Source: Fonticula alba ATCC 38817
Lineage: Eukaryota; Protista; Nucleariida
Strand: one strand, 5' to 3'
DNA length: 64,000 nt
NCBI GenBank assembly: GCA_000388065.2
Contig: KB932204.1
Shown here: positions 11,930 to 25,323 of the stretch, one piece after another
How the letters are laid out: the number at the start of each line of letters is the position of its first letter
Position numbering within the stretch: position 1 is the first letter of the stretch
The notes under the pieces: model-generated
Seen by the model: only the letters and a program-made list of their open reading frames with translations
Database searches by the model: none
What the model was told of the DNA's origin: nothing
Translations under genes and position numbers: made by a program

Positions 11930-14900
11930 ATGTCCCTTGAAGCCGCCCCTGTGGCCGGCGCTGGCACCAAGAAAAAGTCCAGGAAGAAGCAGGCGGCGTC
12001 CTCTCGCCCGACGGTTGTCGACATCGACTCGCTGCCGGTGGTGTCATCGGAATCTCTGGCCGAGCGGCCGGACGATGTTGCCTCGCTGCTGAGTGTCCTG
12101 TCGGCCGGCGGGTCTACGGCTGACGAAGACGCCATCGACTCGACGGGGGCCGAGAACCCCGAGCCGGACGCCCCCGACTCGGTGGAGGCCTCCCCGGCGG
12201 CCGAAGCTCCCCTCTCATCACTGCACATCTCGGCCCCGGCGTCTGTGCGCCCGCCTGGCAGCAGTCCCGGCCTGGGGTCCTCCCTGCCAGTATCCTCATC
12301 CATTTCGACCAGCGCCTCCTTTGAGCCCGTGGTTCCGGCCACGGCTGAGCCCAGTGCATCTATCTCAGCCGCCACCCAGTCACCGAGCGCCTCACCGACG
12401 CCGACCGTCACGGTGGCCGGCTTCGCGCCGGCTCTGCTAAGCGGGGCCCGATCCCTCCTGTCGCCGTGGACCACCGGTGGAGCCGCGGCCGGTGACGGTC
12501 CTGCTCCAGGGACTCCGGTCACGCCGGTGGCGCCGACCTCGTCCGGCTCCGGCTCCGGCTCCGGCCCCGGCTCCGCGACCACCCCCTCGCGCCCGGTGCC
12601 GGTGATGGCGGCGGCCGCGGCCGCGGCTGCCAGCTCCCCCTTCGGGGCGCTCTTCTCCAGCAGCCCCTCCTCTGCGACTCTGGACCCGGAAGACACGCCA
12701 GCTGCCCGGCAATTTGCCAAAACCCAAGAGCACATTCGCACTGGCATGGTGGCCGCCCTGCGTGAGGCCATGAAGCTGCTCATCGTCCACGTGTCGTATG
12801 TCCCATCGCCGCGCTCTCCCTCCCGCGGTTTTGCCGCGGTGCTCTGCTCGTCGACATCTTCCCACCCCTCCGCCCTCCTCGACTGCGGTCCTCGATTCCC
12901 TGCCTGTACTCACCACCACCCGCCCACCCTCAGCCATGGGGACGCCAGCGACGATAGCCTTATCGACACGGAGCTCGCGCTGCATGATGAATTTGAACCC
13001 CTCGATCGTGTGACCATGATCGTGGACCATATGCTGCAGCATGGCCTGCGTGGTGCGTGACTCCCCCCCCCCCCTCCCCCCTCCTCTGCCTGCATGCCCT
13101 CCCGCCACCTTGCCTCCTCCTGCCTTTTGCCCCGTCTCTAACGCCTGGCCGGGGCTCTCTCTCCCTCTCTCTCTCTCTCTGGCCTTGGCATGCCCTACAG
13201 AGCGTCGGTCTCTGCTCTCGTCGTTCCTTGGCGCGCCGGCCGCCGCATCTAGCGGCTCGCAGCTGTCACTGCTCCGGCCGACGCCGGTTGGCCATGAAAC
13301 CGCACATGTGCAGATGGCCGCCGCCACCGGGACCTTCTACTGGGACACGGTGATTGCTGGCGTCTTGGCCAAGAAGGACGCCTCGGTGGCTCGGTCGATC
13401 GATCCGATCCGCGACCTGGCCGAGTCCGGGCTTCTGACTCCCCGGCTTCGGGGCCGCGCCTGGGTCAAGATTGCCCTCATGGAGAAGCGCCTGAGTGATT
13501 ACCTTGCCGAGCTGGCTTCCGACCACGAGACCCTAGCAAACTTCTATGCGCCACATGCGCTCCTGCGTGCCAGTGGTGGGGACACCTTTGCCTATGAGGT
13601 GGTCGGCCTGCTGCAAGGCCTGGACACCTTCGACATTTCGGCCGACATCCGGGCCCTGCTGGACAAGGAGACCGACCAGGAAGGCGGCTCGGACCGCGGC
13701 ATCCTGCCCACCTGCTATGCCAACTACCTGTACCCGAATCCGCTGCCACACACCCAATCGCCGAGGGCCCTGGCTGGGGCGGTGCCTGTCCCGGCCCTCG
13801 AGGCGAAGGAGGGTGCGGATGCGGCTCCCGAGGCGGAAACCCCGGTCGACAGCATGCCTGCTGCCGGGACGAATGACACTTCGGATGCAAGCTCGGCCGC
13901 GGCTTCGGCTGGGTCAGCCGCTGCGGCCGCCGAAAGCGCGGCTGCCTCGGCCAACGCCGCTGCCCGTCGTCAGCATGAGTCCCTGGCGTCGCAGAAGACC
14001 TTCCTCGAGCTGCAGCTCAAGATGCTTCAGGTGCGCGCACACACGCGCGCATGACACCGACCCTTGATTTGGCCGGTTGGCGGATTCTTTTTGGTGCCTC
14101 CGCTGGGCTGAGATTGTCGACCTGAGGGAGGGGGGGGGGGGGGGCGGCCCTGCCCGTGTCTCTGTCCTGACCATCGCCACCTGCTCCTCTCTCTCTCTCT
14201 CTCCTTCTCCCCCTCTCTGCCTTCCGGGTGCAGAGTAAGCACGAGGCCGTCCTCAGCCAATTGAAGGCCACCGAGCAGCAGATCATCCAGCTTCAAACGG
14301 CGCAAACCACCCTGAAGGGTCAGCTCGACACCCAGACCGAGACAAATGCCCAGCTTCAGGGCCAGCTGGAGGTTCGTCCATCACACGACTGCCTGTTGGT
14401 CGCTTCCTGTTGGTCGCTTCTTCTTCTTTTTTTTCCTCATCCCTCAAGTCCATACATATAGGCATGGCACATTCCAGGGAAACACCGCCTGGATCATCGA
14501 TTGACATCCATTCCCCGGGTCCCCTCCGTCGACAGTCTCTCCGGCAGAACATTGCCGAGGAGCGGGCGCACGCCCAGAAGGTCAAGCAGGACCTGAACGA
14601 GCTTTACCAGGCGGTGCGTGTGGCGCTTTGTTCCCTGGCCCCCCTCCTGTCGCATGCGTCGAGGACGCGGGTCTACATGCTGCTGCCTGCCCTCCTGACA
14701 CTTCTCTTGCATTCTTGTCCTATCAGGAGATCCGCACTCGCCAGCAACTCGAGAAGACGGTCGCCGATCTGCAGGGATCGCTGGCCCAGCTCAATGCGCA
14801 CGTTGAGAAGCTGCAGGTGCGTCGCCACTATTCCTTCCTGTCTGCCTCCCCTGCCTCCCTGCTTCGCTTTCTCTTTTTCTCTTTCCCCCGGGGCGTCTCC

Positions 14901-16555
14901 TAACACCTGTGAGGGGATGAAATCCCCCCATCCGCGTCGACCCAGGCCGACCACAAACAGCGCATCATCGAGTATGACCAGGAGATCTGCAATTCGAATC
15001 GGGCGAACGTCGAAATCTCGGCCAGGGCGGCCGATCTCGAGGTGTCAGTCGGCACACTGACCGCCGAGAACGAAACCGTGCGTCAACCCGGCTCTCATCG
15101 GCTTGCCGCTCTTTCCTTCTCCCCTCTTCGTCCTGCTCCTCTACGTGCTTCTCGGATGTCACCGCGCCGCTGTGCGCATCGGAGGTGCTACCACGCGCAG
15201 CGCGCCTGACACTGACTCGACTGAACGGTGACGCTCGTGTCTGTCTATCCCAATGCGAATGGGTGCCGGTGTCCTTCAGCTTTCGCGCGATTTGGCGAAG
15301 GAAAAAACCCGGACCCGATCCTTGCAGGCCGAGCGTGCCCATTGGCCGGCCCTGGCCGAGTCGCTGGGAGCCCTGGTGCAAACTCTCAATGCGGCTGGCC
15401 AGTGCCCCAAGACGTCGGCAACATCCCCGCAGCAGCAGGCGGCGCCGGCCACCGACACCGACAACCCCGATTCCCCGGTTGCCGCCGGGCCCGGCGGCGA
15501 GAGCGACGACGAGGAGGGCAACCGGCCGGCCAGCCAGGCCACTTTGACCCAGGCCTCCCGGTCGTCTCGTCGTGGACTGCCCACGTCGGCCCTGGTGGCC
15601 AAGTCTCGGGACCAGGTCCAGACGCACATCAGCACCCTGCAGACGGCCCTCGAGGATCGGACCACGGCCCTGGTCCGGTCGGCCGAGACCAACCGTACCC
15701 TGGAGCGGCGTGTCTTGGCCCTGGAGGGCGAGCTGTCGTCGGCTGGGCGGCAGGCCATTGCCGATGAGGCGGCCCTTTCGGCCGCCAAAAGTGAGACAAC
15801 CCTCCTGCAGGAGCGTCTCGCCGAGATGGAGGCCCAGTTGGCGAAGGCCCGCAGTGACCTCGAAGCCTCAGCCCAGGCCATGGCCATGGTACGTCACGCC
15901 GGCATTCCGGCAGCGGTTCCCCCGACACTGGCGGCCCTACTTTGCATCTCCGTCTGTTGTGGCTCCCTCCTGCCTCGCCTTTTCTCTTTCTCACCCGGTC
16001 GTTGCTGTCGGTCTCCGTCTCTCGCGGATCCCTCTTTGCACCCTGACTCCCGGGCCTGTTCAACTGCCAGACCATGCAAACCAACCAGGAGCTCACGTCG
16101 CAGAACATGGCGCTTCAGGTGGAGGTCGGCCGGCTGGACGACAAGGTCAAGACGCTGTCCGGCGAGTGGCGCTGCGACACCACGGCCACCGAGTGCGGTC
16201 AATGTAAGACCGAGTTCAGCTTCCTCAAGAGCCGCAAGGTGCGCCGTCGGGGGGGGTGTGCCCAACGGGCAGTGTGTTGGCCTGTGGATGAGATGGCTAT
16301 GCTTTTTTTTTCGCCCCCTCTTCCTCCTCCGCTCCGCCCATCTAACTTGAATTTGCCCTCTCTTCCCCTCGGCTGGTCCCCGCGCCCCATCCTGCCCTCC
16401 CTCGTACACAGCACCACTGCCGGCGGTGTGGCGGGATTTTCTGCTCGCGGTGCACCAAGAACAAGGCCAAGTTGCCGGCCTATCCCGGGCCGGAGCGCGT
16501 GTGTGACGACTGCTATGATTGCCTCATCAACCAGCGCAGCCAATTGGCCAACTAG
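11930..16555 (+). CDS. RUN domain + coiled coil + C-terminal FYVE zinc finger protein (RUFY-like), 10 exons
   Basis: RUN signature [30 protein letters not shown], followed by long heptad-rich exons. Splicing gives [25 protein letters not shown]|[15 protein letters not shown]...RVCDDCY, with TAG at 16553-16555. Confidence 0.9.
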
Positions 16556-16566
16556 ATCCCCCCCCC

Positions 16567-16856
16567 NNNNNNNNNNNNNNNNNNNNNNNNNNNNNNNNNN
16601 NNNNNNNNNNNNNNNNNNNNNNNNNNNNNNNNNNNNNNNNNNNNNNNNNNNNNNNNNNNNNNNNNNNNNNNNNNNNNNNNNNNNNNNNNNNNNNNNNNNN
16701 NNNNNNNNNNNNNNNNNNNNNNNNNNNNNNNNNNNNNNNNNNNNNNNNNNNNNNNNNNNNNNNNNNNNNNNNNNNNNNNNNNNNNNNNNNNNNNNNNNNN
16801 NNNNNNNNNNNNNNNNNNNNNNNNNNNNNNNNNNNNNNNNNNNNNNNNNNNNNNNN
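16567..16856. other. Assembly gap (290 N)
   Basis: N run. Confidence 0.99.
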
Positions 16857-18192
16857 CCCCCCCTGCTCTTCCCTCGATGGTGAGACACGAAAGCCCGGCA
16901 ATCCTGACGCCTCTGGTCAAAGGCACTGGTCCGTCATGTGTCGATCATCACGTGGCATAATCGTTGGCGATGATGCTGGAATGCGCCCTGGTCTGCTCAA
17001 TAAGCATGTCGAGTCTCTCACCCTGGCGGGAGGAAGCGCCCCCCCCGCCCCCCCCCCCCCCCCCACCCACTGGGAACCGGCCCGAAGACCTGGGGACGCC
17101 GAGCCGACGCACGCATCCCCAAAGCACAGCAACATGTTCCCCTGCACAGGGGCACGTTCATGCTGACGGTGGCTCCGGCGGGCCCCCGACGAGGAAGAAG
17201 TTGGCCTGGCAGCGGGCGTGCCCTGCTGCGGGGCCGGAGGAATTCCCCGCGACTGGAAGGCAAGATGGGAGGCGGGGGGTGAGTCACGACGTCCTCCGCC
17301 CGGGGGCCTGGGGAACGGGTGTGCGTGGCCGATCTAAGGAGGGTTTGGCGCATTCGGCTCTGGTCGGGGGGCACATTCCTGTGCCGGGGGCGAGGGTTTC
17401 CGCCTTCAGGGGCGTCGTGAAAGATGAGTGTGTCGGGTGGACTCGCGCTCGCTGCCCCCCTCCCCCCCCCCCCCCCCCCACCCCCCACCCCTCGGCCCTT
17501 TGTCGGCTTTCGGCTCAGGCCAGCCCCTTCTCCGCGCTCGGGGCCTCCCCCTCGCCACGCCCCCCCCCCCTGAACAAGGGGCGGCGCTTGTTGTTTTTTT
17601 TTGTTGTTGTTGTCCCCTTGTGCCGGATACAAGGGTCGATGTCCAGCCGGCTTGAGCACGTCCGGAGCGGGGCACCCGTCGCCTCGCCGGGCTTCGGACC
17701 GATCGCCGCGGCCAGCATTCTTCGGGCCGGGCGGGGGTGACTTCTCCGGCCCCTTCGCGCGCGCGCGCGCGCGGAGAGATCCGGCGGCCCCTCGTTGTGC
17801 GGGCCAGTTCGGCCCACCGTGCGCGCCTGTCAGGAGACACTTCGCCGAGCTCGGAGCCTCCCGGGGGCCGGGCGGCTTGAAATTAGGTGGATTATATATT
17901 GCCGCATGTATTTTTGTCGGGCGACCACGGCTCCCCTCACAGACAGCACAAGGGAGGGCGCAGGGGGCCACCATTGTCGCCCGGGCTCTTGCTCCTGCCC
18001 GCCCGCCCGCCTGCCCGCCCCACCTGCCGGCCCCCGGACGATGGAGTATGCGGCTTTCTGCACGAAAGAGGAAAGGCCCCGGCGAGGGGGACCGGGCAAG
18101 GCGGCCCGCCGCTCCATTCACCCTCCACCCCGCGGACATGGTCTTGCTCCGGTCTCTTTGTGTATCTTTGCGTCCCGTCATCAGGGCCTGGC

Positions 18193-18260
18193 CGCGGGCC
18201 TCGTCGCGGGCCTCGTCGCGGGCCTCGTCGCGGGCCTCGTCGCGGGCCGCGTCGCGGGCT
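18193..18260. repeat. 12-bp tandem repeat (CGCGGGCCTCGT) x ~5.7
   Basis: Four perfect units, one with a single substitution and one partial unit, read directly from the sequence. Confidence 0.95.
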
Positions 18261-18311
18261 TCACCCTCCAGCGCACGGGAATGGAGGGCGCATTCACTGG
18301 CTGGAGATCTT

Positions 18312-18347
<36 letters not shown>

Positions 18348-19003
18348 ACCGTTTGTTGGTGGGGCGGCCCGCCAGCCGGCCGGCCGGCACGGGAATGGGG
18401 TCACCATTCCTCCGTCCCCGCCCCCCCCTCGGGGGAAGGGAAGTGGGCCCCGAACTTTGCAGCTAGCCCACCGCCCCCGAGCGCTTTTCGCCGGGTGCCT
18501 TGCGCGCCGGCGTGGACACCACGCTCGTTGCAGATCCCCAAGCATGCGGCCGGACAAGCACCAGGCGCGCCCGCACGGCCAGACAGAGGGATGCTCTTGG
18601 GCCTCGCTCGGGCCCGGCCGCTGGTGCTTCTCTTGGCCTTTCGCCCCCGCCCCCCCCCGCCTCCGGGACGCACGCCCATGCCCGCTGCTCGGCAGGGCCC
18701 ACCACCAGGCGACCGGGGACAAGCGAGGGGCGGACAAAGACCCGAGCCTCGCGCTACCCCCCCCCCCCCCCTGCGCGCCCCCTCTCCCTGCCCCTGGGGT
18801 GTGCGCATGCGTGCGCATTTACTGGCAGCCAATGTTCCGCGACCCCCAAACCCGAAGTCCCGATGCTGGCGCCACGCCTCCCGGTCCCCTCGACCAAAAA
18901 GCCCCCTCCCCTCCAACCCCGCGCCGATCCCCCCCCCCCGCTACCTGCTTTCTCTCCCCTCCCCCCCTCCCCTCCCTCTTTGCTAGTCTCGCCCCTTCGT
19001 TCC

Positions 19004-19410
19004 NNNNNNNNNNNNNNNNNNNNNNNNNNNNNNNNNNNNNNNNNNNNNNNNNNNNNNNNNNNNNNNNNNNNNNNNNNNNNNNNNNNNNNNNNNNNNNNNN
19101 NNNNNNNNNNNNNNNNNNNNNNNNNNNNNNNNNNNNNNNNNNNNNNNNNNNNNNNNNNNNNNNNNNNNNNNNNNNNNNNNNNNNNNNNNNNNNNNNNNNN
19201 NNNNNNNNNNNNNNNNNNNNNNNNNNNNNNNNNNNNNNNNNNNNNNNNNNNNNNNNNNNNNNNNNNNNNNNNNNNNNNNNNNNNNNNNNNNNNNNNNNNN
19301 NNNNNNNNNNNNNNNNNNNNNNNNNNNNNNNNNNNNNNNNNNNNNNNNNNNNNNNNNNNNNNNNNNNNNNNNNNNNNNNNNNNNNNNNNNNNNNNNNNNN
19401 NNNNNNNNNC
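19004..19410. other. Assembly gap (407 N)
   Basis: N run. Confidence 0.99.
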
Positions 19411-19453
19411 CCCCCCCATCTCCCTCCCTTCATCGCATCCCGCTCTAGCAACT

Positions 19454-22400
19454 ATGGCCGGCCCCGCGCCCCTGTCGGGGGACACGTCGCCCGCCCTGTC
19501 GGCGACCTCCTCCTCCGACGTGGATTCCCTGCAGGAAGAGATGATTCCCCTGGCGCCGGTTTTCTGTGACGCCTGTTCCTCGGTGCCGGCCTCCTTCATC
19601 TTCCAGTGCCGTCCATGTGGGGCGCAGAACTCCTACTGTGAGAACCCCCACTGCCGGCGAGAGCACTGGCGCAAGCACCTCCAAGATTGCGAGGCGCTCA
19701 TGGAGCAGGATCAGCTGGCCGAGGATTCGCTCGTGTCGCGTGTCGGCTCGAACAAGTGGTTCCCGCGGAAGCGCCTTCGTAGCACGGCCAACGTACGCGC
19801 GCAAGCCCCCCCCCCTGTGACCGCCTGCCATCCGCTGTCCGGCCATTCTCCCCCTCCCCCCTCCCCCCGCCCTGCGATTGCCCCTGCCTTTGCTAACTCC
19901 CTCCATTCGCCTTCCGCTTCCCCCCTCGCCCCTTCGGCCGGGAAAACACACGCAGAATGACGATCTCCAGCTGACCAATCTCCCGGTGCTGGACGTGTGT
20001 GTCCGTCAGCTGACCGGCATCTCCATGGCCGGGTGGCTGGCCTTCCCGGGTGACACCTACACTCGCTGGTGCCTGCGCTACTTCGTCCTCTGGGAGGACA
20101 TCCTCTTCAGCTTCACGCATGAGGGTGGCACCGCATGCGGAGCCATCTCCCTGCTGGGCTTCCGGGTGTCCACTCCGAGCGCTCGATCGGCGGCCGCCGC
20201 GCGGGCTGGCACGCGCGACCGCGCCGGCGGTCCGGCTGGCGTGTCCTCCGGCCCGCCGCAGCCTTCGCGCGCCATTCTGGCAGCCGCGGCGGCGGCCGCT
20301 GCCCAGCACCGCCTGGCAGCGGCCAGCGGTGACTCCAGCCTCCCGCAGGTGGTCGCTGTCCCGTCGGCCACGCCGGAGCGTCCCAATGAGGAGGCCCTGC
20401 GCCAGACGCGCTTCACCATTTGCGCGTACAATCGCGATGGTCGGTGCTTGTACTTCGTGGTCGCCTCGCGCCAGGAGTACTCCCAGTGGAGTAGCGCCTT
20501 CTCCCGGGTGACGGCCCTCCACTACGTCAAGTTGCGGAATGGCACCATCTCCGGTACGCGCGCCGCGATGCCTGTCGTCCGGTGCCCAGACAGGGCTTCT
20601 TGCTCCCACGTGCCTCGCTTCCTGCCAGCACCTTGTTGCTCACCGTCCTTCCCTCCTCCTCCCTCCCCCGGGTATGCCGGATCTTTCTCCTCCTCCCGGC
20701 CACAGAGAGCACTCCGAGCTCATTCTCTTCCGATCGTGACGATGACGATCGTGCGCCTTCCCTCTCCATCCCCCTCCGTCTCTGATATGCCCCCGCTTCG
20801 CCGCACTCTCCTCGCTCTTTCTTCCCGTCGGCTTCCTGACCAGCAATCCATCTTCGCCCCCCCCCTCCCCTCCCCCCCCCCCTCCAGCCTCCATGCTGCC
20901 TCTCGACGATTTCCAGGACCCAGCCGTCCGCACACTGCCACTCTTGAATGATCCGGAGTTCCCGACCTTCGGGCACAAGAACTTCTCCGTTCGCTTGACC
21001 ACCTCCCTGGTCATGGACGCCCTCCTGCCGGCGGAGTTTGTCACCCCCTGCGAGGAGGAGAAGCAGGCCCTGCTTCGTGCGGCGCAGGATGCCGCCGGGC
21101 GGCGCTTCTCCGCCAGCAGCACCGCCAACTCCAGCCAGCTGAGCCTGCCCTTCTACTCGCGCGAGGCCCTCTATGCTCAAGCCAAGATCATCAAGGAGCG
21201 CAATCCGATCAACTCGCAGACCATGCATTCGGCGTGGCTCACCCTGCCGACGCGCGCCAACGAGGGCGACCCCGAGTCGTCGACCCCCTCCCCGGGGTCC
21301 GGTTCATCGAATCGCATCTCTCGGACCTTCCGGCAGCTGACCAATTCCATGCGCATCCAGCGTGATCAGGTCATGCAGGAGCAACGCGCCAGCGGCTTCA
21401 CCACCGGCCCCGGCTCCGGGGGTGCTCCCTCCTCGCTGGGCCCCTCCAGCGGGGCATCCTTCTCGGGCTTTGACTGGGTGTCCTCGGCATCGGGCGGGTC
21501 CATCTCGGCGGCCACCGGGCCGACTGGCACCGGTTCCGGGTCCAACAAGAAGCGCGCTGACATCTTCAGTCTCTTCTCCTTCAGCTCTTCCTCCAAGAGT
21601 GCCATCGATCTGGGGTCCGACCCGGGGGCCGGGTCCGGCACGGCGCCTGGCACCGGTTCCGCCACGTCCCTCGGCACCGGGAGCGATGCCGGCTCGCCGC
21701 TCCTCGGGTCGGCGTCACCTCCGCCCTCCGGCGGGTCTGTCGGGTCGCCGGGGCTCGGCGACCGGTCGTCGTCCTTCTCGCGCATCGCCCGCCGGACCAT
21801 CGGCCGCAAGGGCGGCTCTTCGAAGTCCCTGTCGAAGGCGGCCACGGCCGAGGCGGCAGCCGCCTCGGAAGCCGCTTCGGTCTCCGCCTCCTCCTCCGCC
21901 TCCTCCTCCGCCTCCTCCTCCGACGCTTCCATCGAGAAGGCTTCGGCCGGGGGGGGGACGCCGGCAACTTCCGGCTCGGCGGCCTCAGTGGCCGACAGTT
22001 CGCCCGACAGTGGCTCGCCGCCTGCCTCCATGGCCCATCTGTTTGCCGGGCCGATGGATGGCGAGGCGGTCACGCCCCGGCCAGCGGCCACCGGCCGCGC
22101 TCCTGCTCCCGATGATGAGGATGACGATGAGGATGAGCTGAACACCGTGCCGCTGAAGTCCGACGATTCGACGGTCTCCCCCCGGGCCGGAGGCAGTGGC
22201 GCCTCGCCCGGGATGTCCAACGCCGCGATGCACATGCGTGGCACGTACGGCCGGCGCCGGGCCTCCGTGGCCCTGACCGCCATGCAAATGGCCCAGGTGT
22301 CGAATGCCCTGGCCGCGGCCGAGTCCGGCAATGGGGACATCATGCCCTCCTTTGCGGCGGGGCTCTTCTCGCCGCCGAACCCCGGCACGTCGGGTCACGG

Positions 22401-25323
22401 ATCGGTCTCCCTGCGCCAGCGTGGGTCGGTGCGGACCTTCTCCGCCTCCTCGCCGAGCCTGCTCGGGGGCGCGTCGCCACCGGCGGCCCCGCTGGTGGCC
22501 GCCACGGGACCCGGTGCTCAGGATGACTCGGACTCCGACTCTGACACCGATCCCGATCGGCAGTACTTCATCGAGGGCTGGCTGACCCTGGTGTCCGGCG
22601 AGTCGTCGGTGCAGCTGCGTGATGAGACCGAGCCCGGGATCTCGCCCGCGCCGTCGGTCGATTCGATTCTCGGGTTCTACGAGACGCCCAGCTCCGAGGC
22701 CGGCTCCTCCGATGCGTCCATGCGCTCCGGCCCCAGCCGGCGGCTGTGGTTCGTGTGCGATGACTTCTACCTGCATGCCTTCTGCAACCAGCAGTCCATC
22801 TCGTCGCTCATGGAGTTGGACCTGGAGCGGTGTGTGGTGGAGGCCTTGGGCGAGGCCCAGCTCCGGATCGGGGTGCGCCCTGGTGCGCTGGCCGAGCGCC
22901 CGGTCGAGGGGGGGGATGGCCCCGGTGGAGCCGACGATTCCGGCCCCGGCGCGGCGCCGGCATCCCCCGGGACCTCGGATGTTCCGCGGGTGCTGGTGCT
23001 GCAGGCGGAATCCGGTGCCAGCCGCGACCAGTGGCTGCGCGTGATGGACGCCATGCGGGACTACTTCATCGGGTCCGGCTTCAACATCTCACTTGGGGAT
23101 CTGTCCGCTCCGGCGGCCGAGGGCGATGGTGCCGAGTCTTCTGGCGCCCCGGCCCCGGTGGCTGGTGGATTGCTGTCGGCCGCCTCGGCCATGAGTTCGG
23201 CCATGGGGGACCTGTCGCGCAGTGCGGCGGCCCCCACAGGGTCCATTGTCGATCGATCCTCCGCGGCCATGGGCGATGGGGCCGCCCTCCAGCCACGCGG
23301 ATCCATCCGCCGGAGCAAGCCCAAGCCGCCTCCCATTCAGACCGGCGGAGCGGGCGGGCTTGGGGCGCATTCGCGCTCGACGTCGCGTCCATCCCCGATC
23401 GGTCGCAGTGACGCCGGTGGCCCGAGCCACGGCGGATCGCCCTCCGGCGATGACTTCGACCAGGAGGTCCAGCTCTTTGAGAAGGGCCTCGAGCACTCGA
23501 CCAGCACCTTGATGACCCCGTTGACGGCCTTCCCGTCGCACTTCAACCTGCACGACCTGTCCGGGCCGGATTCCAAGCCGCCCGGCCTGCCGGAGCATCT
23601 GGCTGGCACCGGGTCCGGAGCCGCTGGCACTGCCACCCCCGGTGCAGATGCCCCCGCCGGGCCGGTCACCGGGTCTGGCCCTGCCGGGCCAGGTGACGGG
23701 CTCTCGGCCTCCACTCCCGGTGCCTCGGGGCCTGGTGCCGGCATCCCTGCGCCCGGGATCCTGGACGAGGCGACCCTCGACGACCCCTCGCTGCCGCCCT
23801 TCACCACCGCGGCCGAAATCAAGCAGGTCACGGCCATCGGCCTGCGGCGCCGGTGCACCTACCTCTTTGCCCCGGTGCTCGAGGGTGGCCCGACTCTGGG
23901 CCAAGCCGAGGACCTCAGTCAGTTTGCCCTCCGCGCTTCGGGTGGAGTCCGGGCGTCGGTCATTTCGACGCATTCGTCGGCCACGCCGGCGGCCGGCGGG
24001 TCGACCACGCCGACGGCGGCCGAGGCCGAGGCTCGCCTGGCCAAGGCCAGCGAAGACATGGTCATCCAGTACCACCAGGATGAGAATGGCATCGTCGATG
24101 AGTACAACATCACGGCCTGCTCCATGGACATGATGATTGCCCGGCTGGCGGATGAAAACCACCCGGACACCAATTACATTGACACCCTGCTGCTGACGCA
24201 TCGCCATGTGATGACCTCCACCCAGTTGATGGAGCGCCTGTACTGCCGGTTCAATGTGCAGCCGCCGCCGCGCGCGACGCCCGAGCAGCTGGCCTACTGC
24301 CAGCAGTGGACCCCGGTCATCCGCGTGCGCACGCTGTCGGTCATCAAGCGCTGGATCACCTACTACTGGTCGGACTTCTCGGATCCCGCCACTCGGGCGG
24401 TCCTCAGTGACTTCCTGGACCTGACCCAGCAGTCCGAGGGGCAGATGGCCTCCCTGGGCATGCGCCTGCGCAAGCTGATCGAGAGCCAGGATCTGTCGCA
24501 GGCAGCCGAGCGGGAGGCTTTGCGGCGCGAGCGCCAGGAGCGTGCCCGGTCCCGGGCCGCGGCGGCCGCCTCGCAGCAGCAGCAGAAGCTCAGCCTCCGG
24601 CATCTGGCCCCGCGAGAGTTCGCCCGGCAGCTGACGCTCATCGATTACCAGCGCTTTGCCAGCATTTCGCTGATCGAGTTTGTCACGCGCCTGTGGGACG
24701 GTGTCGGTCCGACCAATGAGAATCTCAACACCATGATCGAGTGGTTCAATGACATCTCCTTCTTCGTGGTGGAGAGCCTGGTCGAGCAGCCGGTGCTCAA
24801 GAAGCGCGCCGAGCTGCTGGAAGCCTTCATCAAGGTGCTGAAGGAGTTGCTCCGTGTGCGGAACTACAACTCGGCCATGGCCATCATTTCCGGGCTGAAC
24901 ATCGCCTCGGTCCGGCGTCTGCACAAGACCTGGGCCTTGGTGTCGGCTCGGTCGATGGCGGATTTGGAGCGCTCGGAGAAGCTGATGTCCGCCATGCAAA
25001 ACTTCCGGACCTACCGCCTGATCCTGGAGGAGCTGGAGGCCAATCCGGAGCCCTGCGTTCCATTTATGGGGCTCTTCCTTCGGGATCTGACCTTCATCAA
25101 TGATGGTAATCCCAAGCGCATCAAGAGCCTGATTAACATCGGCAAGATGCGCATGCTGGCCCAGCAGATTCTTCGTCTTGGGGTGTTCCAGTCTCAGGAC
25201 TTCTCCTTCCGGCCGACCGCCGATTCGGAGCAGATCCGCCAATTCATCTATGGCATCGACCCGTCGCGCGATGAGAACGAGCTCTACAGCCGCTCGCTCC
25301 AGTGTGAGCCGCGCGCCACTTGA
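19454..25323 (+). CDS. Ras guanine-nucleotide exchange factor (REM + CDC25) with N-terminal MYND-like zinc finger and two PH-like domains; 3 exons (19454-19792, 19956-20553, 20888-25323), ~1790 aa
   Basis: CDC25 motifs are LAPREFARQLTLID, WFNDISFFV, RNYNSAMAIISGL..VRRLHKTW and PCVPFMGLFLRDLTFINDGNP. REM is ITACSMDMMIARL..YIDTLLLTHR. PH-like segments are AGWL..RWCLRYFVLWEDILFSF and EGWL..RRLWFV..LQAESGASRDQWL. Exon lengths sum to a multiple of 3. Confidence 0.92.

Noticed and set aside
16945-17030. Minus-strand peptide GERLDMLIEQT resembling an R-SNARE motif, after an acceptor-like CAG
   Set aside because: Only ~25 codons long, with no upstream exon, coiled coil or TM found.
16860-19003. Numerous overlapping Pro/Arg/Gly-rich ORFs
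   Set aside because: Composition reflects GC-rich non-coding DNA and homopolymer runs; no domains and no consistent splice model.
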